Both the position numbers and the translations under genes were made by a program. Below, in pieces: positions 51,105-64,000 of a stretch of 64,000 nt of DNA. Origin of the DNA: Mustelus asterias. Its lineage: Eukaryota. Under the pieces are notes generated by a model. It had not been told where the DNA came from. It made no database searches and saw nothing but the letters and a program-made list of their open reading frames with translations. The first letter of the stretch is position 1. Each line of letters begins with the position of its first letter. The stretch spans positions 1 through 64,000 of the forward strand of contig NW_027590186.1 of NCBI RefSeq assembly GCF_964213995.1. Reading direction: 5' to 3'.

Positions 51105-52283
51105 ATGGAGAAACCATGGAAATGTGGGGACTGTGGGAAGGGATACAGAGCCCCATCTAAGCTGGAAGCTCATCGACGCAGCCACACTGGGGAGAGACCA
51201 TTCACCTGCTCTCAATGTGGGAAGGGATTCACTCGATTATCCCTCCTGCAGAGACACCAGCGAGTTCACACTGGAGAGAGGCCATTTTCCTGCTCTCAAT
51301 GTGAGAAGGGATTCAGTCAGTTATCCGACCTGCAGAGACACCAGCGAGTTCACACTGGGGAGAGGCCGTTCACCTGCTCTCAGTGTGGGAAGGGATTCAC
51401 TCAATTATCCACCCTGCGGACACATGAACGAGTTCACACTGGGGAGAGGCCATTCACCTGCTCTCAGTGTGGGAAAGGATTCATTCTGTTATCCAGCCTG
51501 CGGATACACCAGCGAGTTCACACTGGGGAGAAACCATTCACCTGCTCTCAGTGTGGGAAGGGATTCATTCAGTTATCCAGCTTGCAGAAACACCAGCAAG
51601 TTCACACAGGAGAGAGGCCGTTCACCTGCTCTCAGTGTGGGAAGGGATTCATTCTGTTATCCCTCCTGCAGAGACACCAACGAGTTCACACTGGGGAGAG
51701 GCCATTCAACTGTTCTCAGTGTGGGAAGGGATTCACGAACTCATCCATCCTGCGGACACACGAACGAGTTCACACTGGGGAGAGACCGTTCACCTGCTCT
51801 CAGTGTGGGAAGAGATTCACTCAGTCAGCCGACCTGCAGAGACACCAGCTACGTCACACAAGGGAGAGGCCGTTCACCTGCTCTCAGTGTGGGAAGGGAT
51901 TCATTCTGTTATCCAGCCTGCGAATACACCAGCGAGTTCACACTGGGGAGAAACCATTCATCTGCTCTCAGTGTGGGAAGGGATTCACTAACTCATCTGA
52001 TCTGCGGACACACCAGCGAGTTCACACAGGGGAGAGGCCGTTCACCTGCTCTCAGTGTGGGAAGGGATTCACTCAGTCATCCCACCTGCAGAGACACCAG
52101 CGAGTTCACACTGGGGAGAGACCATTCAACTGTTCTCAGTGTGGGAAGGGATTCACTCAGTCATCCAACTTGCAGACACACCAGCGAGTTCACACTGGGG
52201 AGAGGCCATTCACCTGCTCTCAGTGTGGGAAGGGATTCAGAGTTTCATCCCACCTGCTGAGACACCAGCGAGTTCACGAGTGA
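51105..52283 (+). CDS. C2H2 zinc-finger protein ZNF-7 (392 aa, 14 fingers)
   Basis: ACCATGG start at 51105; 14 intact fingers; ends HE*. Confidence 0.92.
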   Translation: MEKPWKCGDCGKGYRAPSKLEAHRRSHTGERPFTCSQCGKGFTRLSLLQRHQRVHTGERPFSCSQCEKGFSQLSDLQRHQRVHTGERPFTCSQCGKGFTQLSTLRTHERVHTGERPFTCSQCGKGFILLSSLRIHQRVHTGEKPFTCSQCGKGFIQLSSLQKHQQVHTGERPFTCSQCGKGFILLSLLQRHQRVHTGERPFNCSQCGKGFTNSSILRTHERVHTGERPFTCSQCGKRFTQSADLQRHQLRHTRERPFTCSQCGKGFILLSSLRIHQRVHTGEKPFICSQCGKGFTNSSDLRTHQRVHTGERPFTCSQCGKGFTQSSHLQRHQRVHTGERPFNCSQCGKGFTQSSNLQTHQRVHTGERPFTCSQCGKGFRVSSHLLRHQRVHE

Positions 52284-53379
52284 TTCCAGAGGTTGGATTC
52301 TGCTGTTATTGTTTCTGCTCTCAATTACATCCAGGACTGCATTTTGTTCATTCTCACAGTTGGTCAATGGGGAGGGTCGGAGGGTTTCTTTCTGCTGGAC
52401 TGGCCGGTCTCATGACTTTGCCTCCAGTGGGCTGATGCTCTTTGAGTCTTGTTGCGAATACCTGGTTTTTAGATTTCACACGGATCACAGAGTGACAGGG
52501 TGTTAGGAAGTTATAGAGGTTTACAACATGGAAACAGGCCCTTCAGCCCAACTTGTCCATTCCGCTCAGTTTTTACCACTAAGCTAGTCCCAATTGCCCG
52601 TATTTTGCCCATATCCCTCTATACCCATCTTACCCGTGTAACTGTCTAAATGCTTTTGAAAAGACAGTATTGTACCCACCTCTACCACTGCCTCTGGCAA
52701 CTCGTTCCAGACACTCACCACGACCTGAGTGAAAAACTGCCCCTCTGGACCCTTTTGTATCTCTCCCCTCTCACTTTAAACCTCAAACTAAGAACAAGAA
52801 ATGTATCGATAAAATGATTAGAGAACAGAGCCAACATTTTGAGTCTGAATGATACTTCATGAGAGCTGTTATGAAGGGTCATCCATTATCGAAACCTTGG
52901 CTCCATTCTTCACAGGTGCTGTCAGACCTACTGAGATTTTCCAGCATTTTGTGTTTTTGTTTCAGATTCCGGTATCTGCAGTATTTTACTCTTCTGATGA
53001 AATGATTAGTTCTGATTGGAATCCCCATGACCCTCCTTCAAAACAGAGGGAGTGGTGGCAGAAGGAGAAAAAGGATCAGGATGATAAAGTCTGGGTTCTG
53101 ATTCTCCGAGCCCATGTAGAATTAACAAAATGAGTGAACCAGTTTATAAAGAACAGAAGTTACCTATCCCTAACAAAAACTGAACAAATTAAAATAATTA
53201 GGTTGAGGAAGAGAACAAAAGAATTCATAGATAAAGTTTAAAATCAACTTTGTTTTGTTGTTAGAGAAGTTTTTAAAAATTATGTAAAGTGATGTAACTG
53301 TGTGCCAAGTTTCTTCTCACTCCCCACCCCTTTCGGTTCTGTAGAAAAGTTAACCCTTTCAGCAGACAGTTGATTTAGT

Positions 53380-56075
53380 CATGGAGTCATAGAGGTTTCC
53401 AGCTTGGAAACGGGCCCTTCAGCCCAACTTGTCCATGCCGCCCCTTTTTTAACCCCTGTGCTCATCCCAATTGTCCACGTTTGGCCCATATCCCTCGACA
53501 CCCATCTTACCCATGTAACTGTCTAAACGCTTTTTAAAAGACAAAATTGTACCTGCCTCTACTACTACCTCTGGCACCTTTTTCCAGACACTCACCACCC
53601 TCTGTGTGAAACAAGTGCCCCTCTGGACCCTTCTGTATCTCTCCCCTCTCACCTTAAACCTATGCCCTCTAGTTTTAGACTCCCCTACCTTTGGGAAAAG
53701 ATATTGACTATCTAGCTGATCTATGCCCCTCATTATTTTATAGACCTCTATAAGTTCACCCCTAAGCCTCCTACATTCCAGGGAAAAAAGTCCCAGTCTA
53801 TCCAGCCTCTCTTTATAACTCAAATCATCAAGTCCCGGTAGCATCCCAGTAAATCTTTTCTGCAGTCTTTCTAGTTTAATAATATCCTTTCTATCATAGG
53901 GTGACCAGAACTGTACACAGTATTCCAAGTGTGGCCTTACCAATGTCTTGTAAAACTTCAACAAGACATTCCAACTCCTGTATTCAATGTTCTGACCAAC
54001 ATGCAGAATGCCTTCTTCACCACTCTGTCCACCTGCAACTCCATTTTCAAGGAGCTATGTACCTGTACCCCTAGATTTCTGTTCTGTAACTCTCCCCAAC
54101 ACCCTACCATTAACTGAGTAAGTCCTGTCCTGGTTCGATCGCCCAAAATGGATTACCTTGCATTTATCTAAATTAAACTCCATCTGCCATTCGTCAGCCC
54201 ACTGGCCCAATTGATCAAGATCGCGCTACAATCCTAGATAGCCTTCTCCACTGTCCACAATGCCACCAACTTTGGTGTCATCTGAAAACTTACTACACAT
54301 GCCTCCTACATTCTCATCCAAATCATTAATATAAATGACAAATAACAGTGGACCCAGCACCGATCCTTGAGGCACACCGCTGGTCACAGGCTCCAGTTTG
54401 AAAAACAACCTTCTACAACCACCCTCTGTCTTCTGTCATCAAGCCAATTTTGTATCCATTTGGCTAACTCACCCTGGATTTCATTAGATTTAACCTTAAG
54501 CAACAACCTACCTTGCGGTACCTTGTCAAAGGCCTTGCTAAAGTCCACGTAGACAGCATCACCTGTACTGCCCTGATCTACCTTCTTGGTTACCCCTTCA
54601 AAAAACTCAATCAAATTTGTGAGACATGATTTTCCACTCACAAAGCCATGCTGACCGTCCCTAATCAGTCCTTGTGTCTCCAAATGCCTGTAGATCCTGT
54701 CTCTCAAATACCTTCTGACAACTTACAGATGTGAATCACACCGCCCTTTAGTTCCCAGGCTTTTCCCTGCAGCCCTTTTTAAACAAAGGCTCCACATTTG
54801 CCACCCTCCAATCTTTAGGCACCTCACCCGTGACTATCGATGATTCAAATATCTCTGCTAGGAGACCCGCAATTTCCTCCCTAGCCTCCCACAGTGTTCT
54901 GGGATACACTTCATCAGGTCCCGGGGATTTATCTACCTTGATGCGCTTTGTGACTTCCAGCACCTCCTTCTCTGTTATAAGTACACTTCTCAAGACATCA
55001 CTTTATTTCCCCAAGTTCCCTAACATCCATGCTTTTCTCAACAATAAATAATGATGAAAAATATTCATTTATGATCTCACCCATCTCTTGTGGATCCGCA
55101 CATAGATGACCTTGTTGATCCTTAAGAGGCCCTACTCTCTACCTAGTTACTCTTTGGCACTTTATGTATTTATAGAACCTCTTTGGATTCTCCTTTGCCT
55201 TATCTGCCAAAACAATCTCGTGTCCCCTTTTTGCCCTCCTGACTTCTCTCTTAATTCTACTCCTACACCCTCGAAACTCTTCAAGGGATCCACTTGATCC
55301 CAGCTGCCGATGCATGTCATGTGCCTCCTTCTTCTTGACGAGGGCTTCAATATCTCGAGTCATCCAGGGTTCCCGACTTCTACCAGCCTTGCCCATCACT
55401 CTAAGAGCAATGTGCTTACCCTGAACCCTGGTTAAAACACTTTTGAAAGCCTCCCACTTACCAGACGTCCCTTTGCCTTCCCACAGACTCCCCCAGTTAA
55501 CTGTCGAAAGTTCCTGCCTGATACCATCAACATTGGCCTTTCCCTAATTTAGAATTTTAACTTTTGGACCTGACCAATCATTTTCCATAGGTATCTTAAA
55601 ACTAATGGAATTATGGTCACTGGTCCCAAAGTGATCCCTCACTCACACTTCTATCACCTGCCCTTCCTTATTTCCCAAGAGGAGGTGAACTTTTGCCCCT
55701 CTCTAGTCGGGCCATCCACATACTGAATGAGAAATTCCTCCTGAATACACTCAACAAATTTCTCTCCATCCAAGCCTCTAATACTATGGCTGTCCCAGTC
55801 AATGTTGGGAAAGTTAAAATCCCCGACTATTACCACCCAATTTTTCTTGGAACTATCTGTAATCTCCTTACATATTTGCTCCTCAATTTCCCACCGACTA
55901 TTTGGGGGCCTATAGTACAACCATATCAAAGTGATTTCCCCCTTCTTTCTCATTTTGACTCAGTAGGCGAACCCTCGGATATATCCCCTCTCAGTACTGC
56001 CGTGATGTTTTCCTGAATCAAAAGTGCAACTCCCCCTCCTTTCTTTCCTCCTGTTCTATCTTTCCTCTGGCATCT
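53380..56075 (-). mobile_element. CR1 LINE ORF2 (partial APE endonuclease plus RT), degenerate
   Basis: ORF 55654-55953 (YYRPPN..GDFNFPNIDW) and RT ORFs 53449-55399. Confidence 0.9.
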
Positions 56076-56964
56076 TGTTTTTAACTTGTTTTTAAATCAC
56101 CCAGAAACTCGTGTCTATTTTAGTTTATAATTGTGGATTTATTGGAGCCAGTTAAATGTGGAAATTTTAAGCATACCCTGGAGGAATTTGGAATAACTGA
56201 GAATTTTATTTTGTTGTCACCTCAACACCAGATAAAGAACAAAGAGTTTGCAGGTGGTAACGTGTTTGGGATTTTAAATTAACAAAGATTAGATGTTGCT
56301 GATAAAATCAGGCCTTGGAAGTTGGCTTAAAAAGGGTTAAGTTACAATGAAGGATCTTGCATCTTATTTTAATCAAGGAGTTGTGAGCTTGTAGTGCTCT
56401 GTCGCTTTAAGAAGTTATAGCTGCGAGAGAGAATGCTGAGGATTCATTGTTTGAAATTTACAAGCTGTGAGAATCTGTGTGTTTTGTTTGTTTTTGTGTG
56501 GATGTTTGTAGATGTGTTTTATCATTGTTTTGGGCTACATTTGTTAAGGTTTATCTTTCTGGGGAATTAACCTTACCTTGAGTCTTTAATTAAAGGCATT
56601 TTTGGGAGTTTAAAAACAGAATCAGAAGAATGCTTAAGTAATTAATTTTGGTTATTATTGTAAAGCACATGCTAAGTTTCTCTGTTGGTGTGTGGATGAT
56701 ATTTGTGGGTTGAACGCTTTAAGCTTTGAGGTTTTTTGTCTGTGATTTAAATCAAACAGATTTTTAAAATGGAAGTGTAATGAATAAAGCTTTTTTTTTC
56801 AAAAGTTATGAACCTGGAGCCATATTTACTGTCCAGAGACAGGATTCCAGGATATTTTACTAAACATGTGGGAATTTTAATCCAGATAAAACTCACTCAT
56901 GAAATTGAGAGTTTTAATTTGTCATGGTTATTGTAAGGGGAAGTTTTCTCACTTCCTACCAGCA

Positions 56965-57497
56965 TGAAAGACAAGCAGACATGAGTACAGTACAAAAAGG
57001 CAACACAAATTTTATTCTCTGTTTAAAATAACAAAACCGCAGGCCTGGGGAGAGACAGCTGCTCGTCAACTGCTCTGCCTGGCCATTATGCGCTTTACAG
57101 TTTATAGGGTTTTGAACTTCATGCCAAACATATGGTAATAGGTTCAACATTTACGACAAGTTACATGATCAGTACCAGCTCATAACACAAAGCAGTGGCA
57201 CAATAGCGAGATATTAAAACAGCCATTATAGATAGGTGGAGCTGATCCCATTTCCCCTGGGCTGATCTGTTTCTGGAGGGCTCCCTTTGTGATTTGAGCT
57301 TCTTGCATAATCTAATCAGTTGAGCTATTGTCTGTGTTTCCCTGCTTGGAGTCTAAAGTGATTAAGGCTGTCTGAAGTGATTAGGGGGTGCAAGGAGCCT
57401 CTCCATGAGTCATCGCATTGCTGTGAACTGTTGACAATATTTTAAAATAAATTTGATATACACACGTAAAAATATCCATGATATTAAGCATAAAGGT
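56965..57497 (-). mobile_element. Possible solo LTR
   Basis: On the minus strand, a purine-rich gaagggggcga tract precedes it, AATAAA lies near the end and it terminates ..ctttca. Confidence 0.35.
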
Positions 57498-57673
57498 CGC
57501 CCCCTTCAGTTATTTAAAATTTGGTACATATGAAACGATTCTGACCAATCCTGTGTTGGATTGATCTTGGGTTAAACTTCCTGTCAGGTCCAAAGATTTA
57601 ATCCTGACACAATTAACACAATGAAAAGGAAAATTCTGGAATTGGATACTGAAGAACAGAGTTTAAAAGGAGA

Positions 57674-58122
57674 GATTATTAAATAGAAATGTTCCCAGAC
57701 CGTGTGGTCATTAGATTGAAACAAAGGAAGGGTGCTGACATCCATTTGAGAATTTTTAATCCACCCCTTTTCAAACTGAGTCTATGTACAAAGAAAACCC
57801 CAAGGATGGTAGACGAGGGGGTCTGGAAAACATCATGATGGGGGCACCTATCTGTCCATGAGATGATCACAAAGCCCCATAATGCCCAGATACTAATTTT
57901 ATTGAACCTATAATGTATGTAATCGATCACCATTCTGATTGGATTGTGTCCAGCCGGGATGGGCTGAGTAACTGGATAAGAATTGATGATATTCTTTATT
58001 GGGTGGAGTTGCACATGGTCAGCCCCTGTGGCTTCTCCCCGCTGGCGTAACTCAATAAACTGTTTGTCGATTGAATCAGGTCTGAGTGTTGAATGATTCT
58101 TCTGAGTTCATTCCCCACAACA
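57674..58122 (+). mobile_element. Possible LTR
   Basis: Purine tract aaaaggagaga upstream, AATAAA near 58055, ends ccccacaaca. Confidence 0.4.
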
Positions 58123-58275
58123 CACTGGGTACATTACCACTTCATCCTCGGGAGTGGCCTGATAGGCCGTGGTCCAGACTACATGTGGACTTTGGGGGGC
58201 CTTTCATGAATCACATGTTTTTGCTTGTTGTAGATGCACATTCAAAATGCTTGGAAGCACAGATCATGAGTAATA
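58123..58275 (+). mobile_element. Gypsy-type integrase fragment
   Basis: PLHPREWPDRPWSRLHVDFGGPF..FLLVVDAHSK. Confidence 0.8.
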
Positions 58276-58944
58276 TTCCAGGGCAATTAGGACTAGCTTA
58301 GTGGTAAAAACTGGGCAGCATGGACAAGTTGGGCCGAAAGGCCTGTTTCCATGCTGTAAACCTCTACGACTCTAACTACCTTTTTTGTGGCCTGAAGTTC
58401 CCACAATTGGAAAGCAGCCAGATTAGTTAAATAGACAGCATTAATTGTGAGACAATTAAATAATAAATGATTCATTAATACATATGTTATAAAGGCTGGA
58501 AATATAAATTTGAACACAGGTTTATAACTTTTAGAATTATAAACACTTTAAGAATGGTTAAAATGCTGTGGGAATTATAAGATGTTCCCTTCCCATGCTG
58601 ACAGAATAAAGAAAGATGAAAGGACTTGTTAACCTTGACTGGAGGGAATGAATCGGCTCCTGTTCAAGATGTCTCAACATTGAATGACTGATGTGAACCA
58701 ATTATCAGTCAACACTTGGGCTACCCCAAGCTAAGAGATATCGTTTGAGAGAAAGGTATGTCTTAAAATTAAGACAATATGTGCAATTAGCTAAAAACCA
58801 AATCAATTTCATTATTGACAAGTTATAGACCAATTGGCTAATTCCTAACAATTAGCTGAGGATGGCTTTCTACATTTTGAAAGTATAAAAAAGGGGATTC
58901 GAGAAACCAATCTGGTAGAAGTTTTTAAAAGTTAACTTTTTTTA

Positions 58945-59230
58945 TAGTTTGTTTATTAGTGTCACACATAGACTTACATTAACATTGCAATGAAGTTACT
59001 CTGATAATCCCCCAGTCGCCACACTCTGGTGCCTGTTTGGGTAAACTGAGGAAGAATTTAGCATAGCCAATGTACCCAACCAGCACGTCTTTCGGACTGT
59101 GGGAGGAAACCGGAGCACCCAGAGGAAACCTGCACAGACACGGGGAGAATGGGCGAACTCCGCACAGCCAGTGACCCAAGCCGGGACTCGAACCCTCTGC
59201 TGTGAGGCAGCAGTGCCTCACACTGTGCCC
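58945..59230 (-). mobile_element. V-SINE-type SINE
   Basis: Reverse complement of the 9529-9835 type. Confidence 0.8.
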
Positions 59231-60086
59231 TACAGAGAGACGTTGAGAGCTGTTAGTTTTACAAGTTATCCACGTTTTCAGAGCCATCACTTCATGTCCT
59301 GGTTTGAGAAGGATGGAGAAGTTGAAGTTAAGCTCTCCTCCTTTTGCTGTTGATCGATACTTTGCTTTTTTATCTTTCTGACTCGTTACATTTTTAATGG
59401 TTAATAAACTTTCTGAATTCACCATTTAAAGTGTTCTTTCTTGCCATATGGTTAAGTCACTGGAACCTGGTGTGATTTACGATTAGGGAGGTTATTGTAA
59501 ACAAGAGAACCCCCATAAATCTTAGTTCAAACAAATCAAAGTTCTTACAAATGGAATGTTATCCTTTATTCTGAGAGAAATTGAACATAGAAGTAAAGAT
59601 GTTATGCTTCAGTTGTGCAGGGCGTTGCTGAGATTGCACCTTGAACACAGGGTACAATTTTGTCTCCTATTAAACAAAGGATATAAATACATTGGAAGCA
59701 GTTCAGAGGAGGTTTACAAGATTGATTCCCAATCCAGTAGTGTGAAACATTAACACTGTTTCTCTCTCCACAGATGCTGCAAGACGTGTTGTGTTTTTCC
59801 AGTCCTTTCTGTATTTATTTTAAATCTACCTGTAGTGGTAGGAAAAACACTATTTACTATCCAGGATAAAATAAATGTCCTTCATCAGCTTTTGTGGATC
59901 ATTTCAGTGGCAATGTGCTCTCCCAGGCTCAAAGAGCATCAGCGAACTAGAAGCAAAGTCGTGAGACCGGCCAGTCCAGCAGAAAGAAACCCTCCGACCC
60001 TCCCACTTCACCAACTGTCAGAATGAACATGGTTCAGTCCTGGATGTGATTAACAGCAGCAATAAAACAGAATCCAACCCCTGTCA

Positions 60087-60545
<459 letters not shown>

Positions 60546-60559
60546 TCAATTAAATCTCA

Positions 60560-60667
<108 letters not shown>

Positions 60668-61402
60668 TCAGGTGTGTCTGTGTCTTGGTGTATTTCCAGT
60701 CACATTTATGTTATAAAAAATTCTGACGCAGACAGAACATTAAAAGATTTCTCCTTCAAGATTGAAAGGCCAATGATATTCGGGTCCCAATCAATCAAAT
60801 GTCTGTCAGATGTTGATGTGACGTTTGATTCGAGATTTCTGTCTGTAAATCCCCACCTTCTGATATCCTGCAAAAGGAGATTACAAAATTCATCAGTGTC
60901 AGTACAGGACAGAAATTCAGAACAGACAATTCTAGTTTCTATGGAACATTCTTTCCTCTCTCATTCCCCAAACGCAGTAAATCTCCATCCCACACACTCT
61001 CCCTCAATTCTCACTCTGCTGTATCTAATATTCACCCTCCCAATTCTCCTGAAGGTGCTGATTGAGGCTGATTGACAGATCCATGCTCACGGCTTCCTGT
61101 CCTGGACACAGGGAGCTGAAAATCTCCATGCAGGCTGCCAGACAGATGTCTATAATACTGGATAAAAGTGTAACATACAGGACATTACTTGAGTAGTGGT
61201 AGAGCAGGGATTTGAGGAAGATTTATATTTAGGTAGGGAGAGCACATGATCTAGAACTCGCTGCCTATGAGGATGGTGGAACAGAAGATTCAATCATTTC
61301 AAAATGAAATTGGATGGGTACTTGAAGGAAATAAAACTTGCAGAGGAATGTTGATAGAGAGAAAGAACAGGATTCTACAGAGAATCAATCTGCAGTCCAT
61401 AA

Positions 61403-61561
61403 GATGACGTGGAGATGTCGGCGTTGGACTGGGGTGGGCACACAACACCAGGTTCATCAGGTGAGTGGCCATTCACCTGATGAAGGAGCAGTGCTCCGAA
61501 AGCTCGTGCGATCAAATAAACCTGTTGGACTTTAACCTGGTATTGTGAGACTTCTTACTGT
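61403..61561 (+). mobile_element. Penelope pLTR relic with canonical hammerhead core
   Basis: cac-CTGATGA-A-GGAGCA-G-TGCTCC-GAAA-GCTC-gtg at 61474-61508. Confidence 0.7.
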
Positions 61562-61631
61562 TTATAAGATGTACAGGTTAGGTTGATTGGCCATGCTCAA
61601 TTGCCACTTAGTGTCCCAGGATGTGTGGGTT

Positions 61632-61848
61632 GGGGGGGCAATGCTCGGGGGGGGGCAATGCTCAGGGGGGGGCAATGCCCGGGGGGGGCAAAGCCCGGGG
61701 GGGGCAAAGCCCGGGGGGGGGGGCAAAGCCCGGGGGGGGGGCAAAGCCCGGGGGGGGGGGCAAAGCCCGGGGGGGGGGGGGGGCAAAGCCCAGGGGGGGG
61801 GGCAAAGCCCAGGGGGGGGGGGGGGGCAAAGCCCAGGGGGGGGGGAGG
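61632..61848. repeat. G-run minisatellite (GnCAAAGCCC), G-quadruplex-prone
   Basis: About 11 units with G7-G14 runs. Confidence 0.85.
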
Positions 61849-61850
61849 GA

Positions 61851-62945
61851 CAGAGAGATAGTAAAAGTTTTTACAAATATATAAAAAGGAAAAGAGTAGC
61901 TAAAGTAAATGTTGGACCCTTAGTAGATGAGAAGGGGGATTTAATAATGGGAAACGAGGAAATGGCTGAGGCCTTAAACAAGTTTTTTGTATCAGTCTTC
62001 ACGGTAGAGGACACAAATAGCTTACCGAAAATTGACGGTCATGGGACTGTAGGGGATGAGGTCCTTAAAATGATTACTATTACTAAAGAGGTAGTGCTTG
62101 GGAGGCTAATGGGACTAAAGGTAGACAAGTCCCCGGGCCCGGATGGAATGCATCCCAGGGGACTGAAATAAATGGCAGAAGTAATAGAGGATGCGTTGGT
62201 TGTAATTTATCAAAATACGCTGGACTCTGGGGAAGTGCCGGCTGATTGGAAAACAGCTAATGTGACGCCACTGTTTAAAAAAGGAGGTAGACAAAAGGCG
62301 GGTAACTACAGGCCGGTTAGCTTAACGTCCGTAGTTGGGAAATTGCTGGAATTCATCATTAAGGAAGAAATAGCAGGACACCTGGAAAAAAATGGTTTGA
62401 TCAAGCAGACGCAGCATGGATTCATGAAGGGAAAGTCGTGTTTGACAAATTTACTGGATTTTTATGTTGATGTAACGAGTGCGGTTGACAGAGGGGAACC
62501 AGTGGATGTGGTGTTTTTGGATTTCCAGAAGGCGTTCGATAAGGTGCCTCACAAAAGGTTGCTGCAGAAAATCAGGGTGCACGGAGTTAGGGGTAAAGTG
62601 TTAGCGTGGATTGGGGATTGGCTATCTAACAGGAAGCAGAGAGTTGGAATAAATGGGTGCTTTTCTGGTTGGCAGTTGGTGACTAGTGGCGTGCCACAGG
62701 GATTGGTGCTGGGGCCTCAAGTATTTACCATATGCATAGACGATCTGGAGGAGGGGACCGAGTGTTGGGTAACAAAGTTTGCGGATGACACAAAGATGAG
62801 TGGGAAAGTGAATTGCGTGGAGGATGCGGTAAGTCTGCAGAGAGATTTGGATAGGCTAAGTGAGTGGGCGAGGATCTGGCAGATGGAGTATAGCGTTGGT
62901 AAGTGTGAGCTTATCCACTTTGGAAGGAATAATAGTAAAATGGAA
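61851..62945 (+). mobile_element. CR1 LINE RT fragment
   Basis: ORFs 61587-62171 (3' part) and 62172 to about 62945 with full RT motifs; truncated at both ends. Confidence 0.9.
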
Positions 62946-63143
62946 GCTGCAATGCTGCCCCCTGTTGTTCACTTCTCCCAGTCTCAGCATTGCAGAGTGT
63001 TTAAACAAGAATGGCACATTCAGCACCATGGAATGAGAACATTCGGACTAACTCTTCGTTATACAATTGTTCTGTTTGTATTAACAGTTCACAATCCAGG
63101 TCACAGATCTGATTCAGTGAGAGGAGGTGAGAGTGCCTTTGCA

Positions 63144-63182
63144 GGTTTTTGTACGGGCTCACTGCGCCTTTGTAACAGTGTG
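63144..63182 (-). promoter_or_regulatory. Recombination signal sequence, 23-bp spacer
   Basis: Heptamer CACACTG (63182-63176), 23-nt spacer, perfect nonamer ACAAAAACC (63152-63144), directly after YHCALSP. Confidence 0.95.
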
Positions 63183-63489
63183 GGGCTCAGCGCACAGTGA
63201 TACACGGCAGAGTCAGAGACATGGACCCCAGTGATATTTAAAGGAACTGTTTTCTTGTCCTTGTCCAAATCAGCAGAAAACCGGTCAGGGAAATCTGGAG
63301 ACTTTTCTCCGCCCCCCGTGCTATATTTCTGCAGTAAATATCTCGGAGCTTCCCCGGGATACTGGATGTACCAGAAGAGATTTGGAAAAGCATCCGTTGT
63401 TGTGTAATTACAATTCACTATTACGTTCAATCCTTCCTGAACCGTTAATTCAGCCGGGTCCTGGGAAACTGAATCTTGGCCATTGATTC
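63183..63489 (-). CDS. TRAV: T-cell receptor alpha/delta variable segment, V exon
   Basis: TTGCAG acceptor; reads GINGQDSVSQDP..VIVNCNY..LFWYIQYPGEAPRYLL..DRFSA..VPLNIT..VSDSAVYHCALS with the conserved Cys, Trp and Cys; open frame. Confidence 0.92.
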
Positions 63490-63574
63490 CTGCAACAAAA
63501 TGTAGAATGTGTGAGAAATCTGTGAACAAATATAACCCATGAAACACACACTGAGGATCTGAGCTCAGACTCAC

Positions 63575-63620
63575 CGGGCAGCGTGGTCATTGTTATCAGT
63601 AAAGCACACAGGAGATACAT
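63575..63620 (-). CDS. TRAV: TCR V leader exon (MYLLCALLITMTTLP/G)
   Basis: ATG at 63620; 46-nt phase-1 exon; GTGAGT donor; 85-nt intron in frame with the V exon. Confidence 0.9.
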
Positions 63621-63674
63621 GGTTCCTGATTGGACAGTAAGCAGCGACAATGTTTACAATAAGTTGCTGCCTCT

Positions 63675-63784
63675 AGTCTTATATCACAGAGTGAACTCAG
63701 ATCAGAGGCAGCTTCAAGTATTCAGAAACAGGGAGGCGTTTCTCAGTGCTGCGATTGGTTCATCTCCCTGAGCTGACGTCAGCT
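63675..63784 (-). promoter_or_regulatory. TCR V promoter (TATA-like, CCAAT, palindromic CRE)
   Basis: TATAAG near 63680, CCAAT near 63755 and AGCTGACGTCAGCT at 63771-63784; CRE-like elements are known in TCR V promoters. Confidence 0.65.
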
Positions 63785-63789
63785 GCGAA

Positions 63790-64000
63790 TCATAAAATCC
63801 CTGCAGTGCAGAAGGAGGCCATTCGCCCCATCGAGTCTATACCGGTCACAATACCACCCAGGCTCCACTCCCGCAACTCCATGTATTTACCCTGCGTATC
63901 CCCTGACGCTCGGGTCAATTTAGCATGGCCAATCAACCTAACCTGCACATCTTTGGACTGTGGGAGGAAACAGGAGAACCCGAAGGGGACCCACGTAGAC
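63790..64000 (-). mobile_element. HE1/V-SINE-type SINE (runs off the window)
   Basis: Reverse-complement core and tail. Confidence 0.8.

Noticed and set aside
51049-52435. Long alternative-frame ORFs over the ZNF arrays (403 aa at 51049; also 40233-41168 and 12717-13349)
   Set aside because: Shadow frames of the 84-nt finger repeat ([11 protein letters not shown].. / ASSHWGE..); stop-free because of the repeated codon usage, with no independent evidence of coding.
61562-62171. Gly- and Pro-rich ORFs
   Set aside because: Translations of a G-run minisatellite joined to CR1.
62172-63200. 342-aa ORF suggesting an RT fused to a new C-terminus
   Set aside because: A truncated CR1 frame running by chance into unique DNA antisense to the TRAV RSS.

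Overview
Vertebrate genomic DNA, almost certainly a shark. The evidence is HE1/V-SINE-type SINEs, abundant CR1 LINEs, Penelope-like elements and a T-cell receptor V segment. From left to right the window holds: (1) the terminal coding exon of a DHRS1-like gene (1413-1549, +), which the ORF track misses; (2) a repeat-dense spacer; (3) a cluster of eight C2H2 zinc-finger genes (12.6-60.5 kb; orientation - + - + - - + -; 5-14 fingers each) with no KRAB/SCAN/BTB domain visible, mostly in head-to-head pairs on CpG-rich bidirectional promoters, all starting at a Met that sits in place of the Gly of a TGEKP linker; (4) an apparently functional TCR alpha/delta V gene with leader, intron, V exon, 23-RSS and CRE/CCAAT promoter (63144-63620, -). 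Accessory elements include a fragmented R2-clade retrotransposon outside rDNA (about 19.5-24.4 kb), Penelope pLTR relics with minimal hammerhead ribozyme cores and clear TSDs, Rex1/Babar and Gypsy/LTR relics, and several weak Ig-V-like relics between the ZNF genes. All assignments come from manual reading and motif recall; no searches were run, and repeat boundaries are approximate.
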